DNA from: Tubulanus polymorphus
Taxonomy: Eukaryota; Animalia; Nemertea
Reading direction: 5' to 3'
NCBI RefSeq assembly: GCF_964204645.1
Contig: NC_134027.1
Location: 22,964,560-23,028,559, forward strand
DNA: 64,000 nt
Part shown: positions 61,367 to 64,000 of the stretch, one piece after another
Position numbering within the stretch: position 1 is the stretch's first letter
Layout of the letters: each line of letters begins with the position of its first letter
Notes under the pieces: generated by a model
Database searches by the model: none
Told to the model about the DNA's origin: nothing
Seen by the model: only the letters and a program-made list of their open reading frames with translations
Translations under genes and position numbers: made by a program

Positions 61367-62339
61367 ATAATTCAGCTTGTTTATAAGTTGCATAGACGCA
61401 GCGATGTATTGGTGATAGCGAATTAAGAAATCTTTTCTGTTAATCATCTATTGTTTGTATGAATTGAATTGAATGAATTGAATTATAACTTTTATAACAT
61501 ATTTATATATCTATCTAATTATGTATAAAACTGAGTGTTATATTATGAATAAAAGAAATATATCAATAAAAGAATTCCATCCAAAACTCGGCGGTCTTAT
61601 TTTCATGAAGAATCTTCATCTCCATGTATTGATTTATTCATTGTCAATTTAATATTCCTCAGGTGACGCCTGGAAAATGTGAAGCGTAGACTATCGTTTT
61701 AAGAATGTAATACTGATTAAATCTCCAATTTCTGGTGTTAATTTAATCTTAATTGAGAGCGTAAAGCCCTAAACATGTATGAAGTGTGGACTTTTTGAGT
61801 GTGCCAAAAACGTCTAATGTCTGGTGTTCTGTAGTTCATTTTCAAATAGAAGTGTCTCTGGTGAAGTTCCCAAATGAAAGTGAAGTGAGGATTGAGAAAT
61901 AAATTGCTAATCTCCATCTCCTATTCTGTTGTTTTGTAACCTTAGATTTCATGAATCATTTGTGAATAGTGAAATGAATATTTAAACGATGGTTCCATTC
62001 TATTGTTTTTGAAAAGGTATTAATTTCATCGTCTTTGAAAAGAGGATTTTTCTTTGATTTATGTTTGATAAGTTTCGAAGGAAAACTCGTGAGACTCGAA
62101 CGTTATACTTAAGTATGGTTCTTTCAATTAAATGTAGATAAGAGAGTCGACATTTAGAAACAAATTCAAGGTGATCTTGAGCCATTAAACATAGACGATT
62201 CCGGTATTTCTTCTGAAGTCTGGGTTGTTAATATAACCGCCAACGCGGTGCCTAGAAATTGGGAACTTCTTTATTTTGGCAGTGTATATCATTGTATTAT
62301 TCGAAGTCTATTGATGATATAACTTCGAAAATTCTAGAC

Positions 62340-63450
62340 TGTGAACAATTCCCAGGCATGAATTTGAACTCGCTTTCGCAAGCATTCTTTATGACTGTAA
62401 ATACATAGCACGTAACGTAGTATCTCCTACATAATACTTCTTGGTTGGAATCGGTTTTTTTACATATCCAATCTTAGTCATTGTTTGAAACGTGTGCCTA
62501 CATTATTAGTAGTTTTCTTCAGAAATCACCATTATTCTGGTAAGTAAAATCGGTCACAGATACTTTTTCCTGCAAGTTGTTTTCAATCATGACATTCGTT
62601 TTCGGAGTTTTTACAGCGACGCCATATTTTGGCTTGTTCTAAGCGAAGGAACTTAAGAAGGAAATATCAATCATACGTGATTTTGTTTTGAAAATCGAAA
62701 GTGCGTACGTTGTGCGTGGTCAAAGTTTTTCTAATTTAGTTGGGTTTGTCATTTTTGATGTATAGGGGCCTATGGGTTTTATGAGATTGTAAAGCGGCTA
62801 TTGCCGGAGATCAAGCGTTGGTATACAGTCAAATTCAAAGAGGATAAATATCCCTCTCGCGCATAATCTGCCTCATGACGAGGCCAAATTTTGGAAATGG
62901 CACCTTCTTCGATCGCTTGAGCGAATATTATCATCTTTTTCTAGATACAAGACAAGTGAAGTGTGTTATTTTGATTCAAAGAGTTCTCTGTCTATACACA
63001 GCATGTATAGAAACGTAAGAATGAATATTGATATTCCAACTGAAAACCTATCAATACCTAATTAAATGAAACAATATTCATATTGTATTGCGGTTTATGG
63101 ACAACATCATCGATCGTGTAATAAATGGAAATATCTCCCTGGAACTTGTGGGATATATCTCAGTCTTTTTTCAATTCATGTTAAAGTGACGTTTTTCTCA
63201 TTAAGAAACAGAAGTGTTCGTTCGTGACCCTGGTGCTATGCCTAATGATGTATAAGGCAATTAACGGTGAGTGACCGTCGATCTGTAGCTCCCTGAACCA
63301 TGATTGTGTCCTTTTTTGTACGCCTTATTATTGAAATCTAATACGTAGGTTATATAATAACTGGAATAACTTATGGTAAATGTAGTGATGATGAAACGCT
63401 CAATAAACCAATACGTAACTATAAGTTATTCTAACTAACGAAATATAAGA
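62340..63450 (+). pseudogene. 5' stub of a further copy (F): promoter/exon-1 block and intron remnants, no V exon
   Basis: 62340-62560 aligns to E 53095-53340, with CC-ATG-TTT-CTG|gt changed to CC-ATT-ATT-CTG|gtaagt; 63420-63450 (ttattctaactaacgaaatata) matches about 54930-54955. Confidence 0.55.
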
Positions 63451-63865
63451 AAAAACTTTTGAATTGTATTCATTGGTTCGATGGTTAAAGTTTATTTTGT
63501 AGTCAAAATTGACCTACTTCTTTGTGATAATTTCGTGACGTTCATTGAAGTGTCAACGATGTTTCAGACTTGTAGGATTGAAATTTAAAGAATTGCTACG
63601 TAGGTTATCTGATATGATGTCATAAGTGGTCACGGTTGAAAATCATCAGATTGGATACTTTCAGGCCGGCGGGAAATTTGTCCTATCATTCCCGCGGTTG
63701 GCAAAACGGGGGCAAATGCTGTGGGAAACTGGCCCCCGAACGGAAGTAAGTGAAAAATACAGTCTTGAGATATTCACAAAAAGCGATTTTTGCCAGGGGG
63801 CCGGGTTTCTCTCGTGAGAAAGATACAGGTCGAACCATTGAATTGAATAGTTTTTAAACTGTCCT

Positions 63866-63993
63866 ATATTCTTGAAGGTTATTGATTAAGTATCTTTGTT
63901 CATTGCGGGAAAACCCACTCAGTATAGGTCTTGTATTTTCGTGTAAACATCGGCATTCAACACTGAATATCGATGATGAACACGATTCTTGTC
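63866..63993 (+). repeat. Copy of the D upstream region; the cluster probably continues beyond the window
   Basis: atattcttgaaggttattgattaag..gaacacgattcttgtc is nearly identical to about 36818-36946. Confidence 0.85.
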
Positions 63994-64000
63994 TGTATTA

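Overview
AT-rich, intron-containing animal (probably invertebrate) genomic DNA, not prokaryotic. Almost the whole window is a tandem and inverted cluster of one immunoglobulin-superfamily receptor family. I reconstructed exons by eye from GT-AG sites and paralog alignment. The shared architecture is signal peptide, an atypical 6-Cys V-type Ig domain, 4-10 further Ig domains (one symmetrical phase-1 exon each), FN3, a Cys-containing spacer domain, TM, and a cytoplasmic tail built from tyrosine-motif micro-exons. There are five copies plus a 5' stub: A (+, starts before the window, ends 10823), B (+, decayed), C (-, 36411-20579, the only copy with a fully open reading frame), D (+, head-to-head with C), E (+) and stub F. 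The promoter of a further copy begins at the right edge. Main observations: (1) near-identical ectodomains are joined to two unrelated signalling tails, one rich in EPIYA/ITIM/ITAM-like motifs and one with ITSM/YxN/YEEI-like motifs, as in paired receptors; (2) divergence concentrates in the V domain, with an orphan alternative V-domain 3' end and mosaic tracts suggesting gene conversion; (3) A, D and E each carry a lesion before the TM, so they may be secreted decoys, silent donors, or assembly errors. The locus resembles an undescribed invertebrate immune or allorecognition receptor complex (inference). Introns also contain Penelope-like retroelement remnants with hammerhead-like motifs, a LINE RT fragment, several MITEs and a (TA)n tract. 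All gene models are unverified by transcripts.
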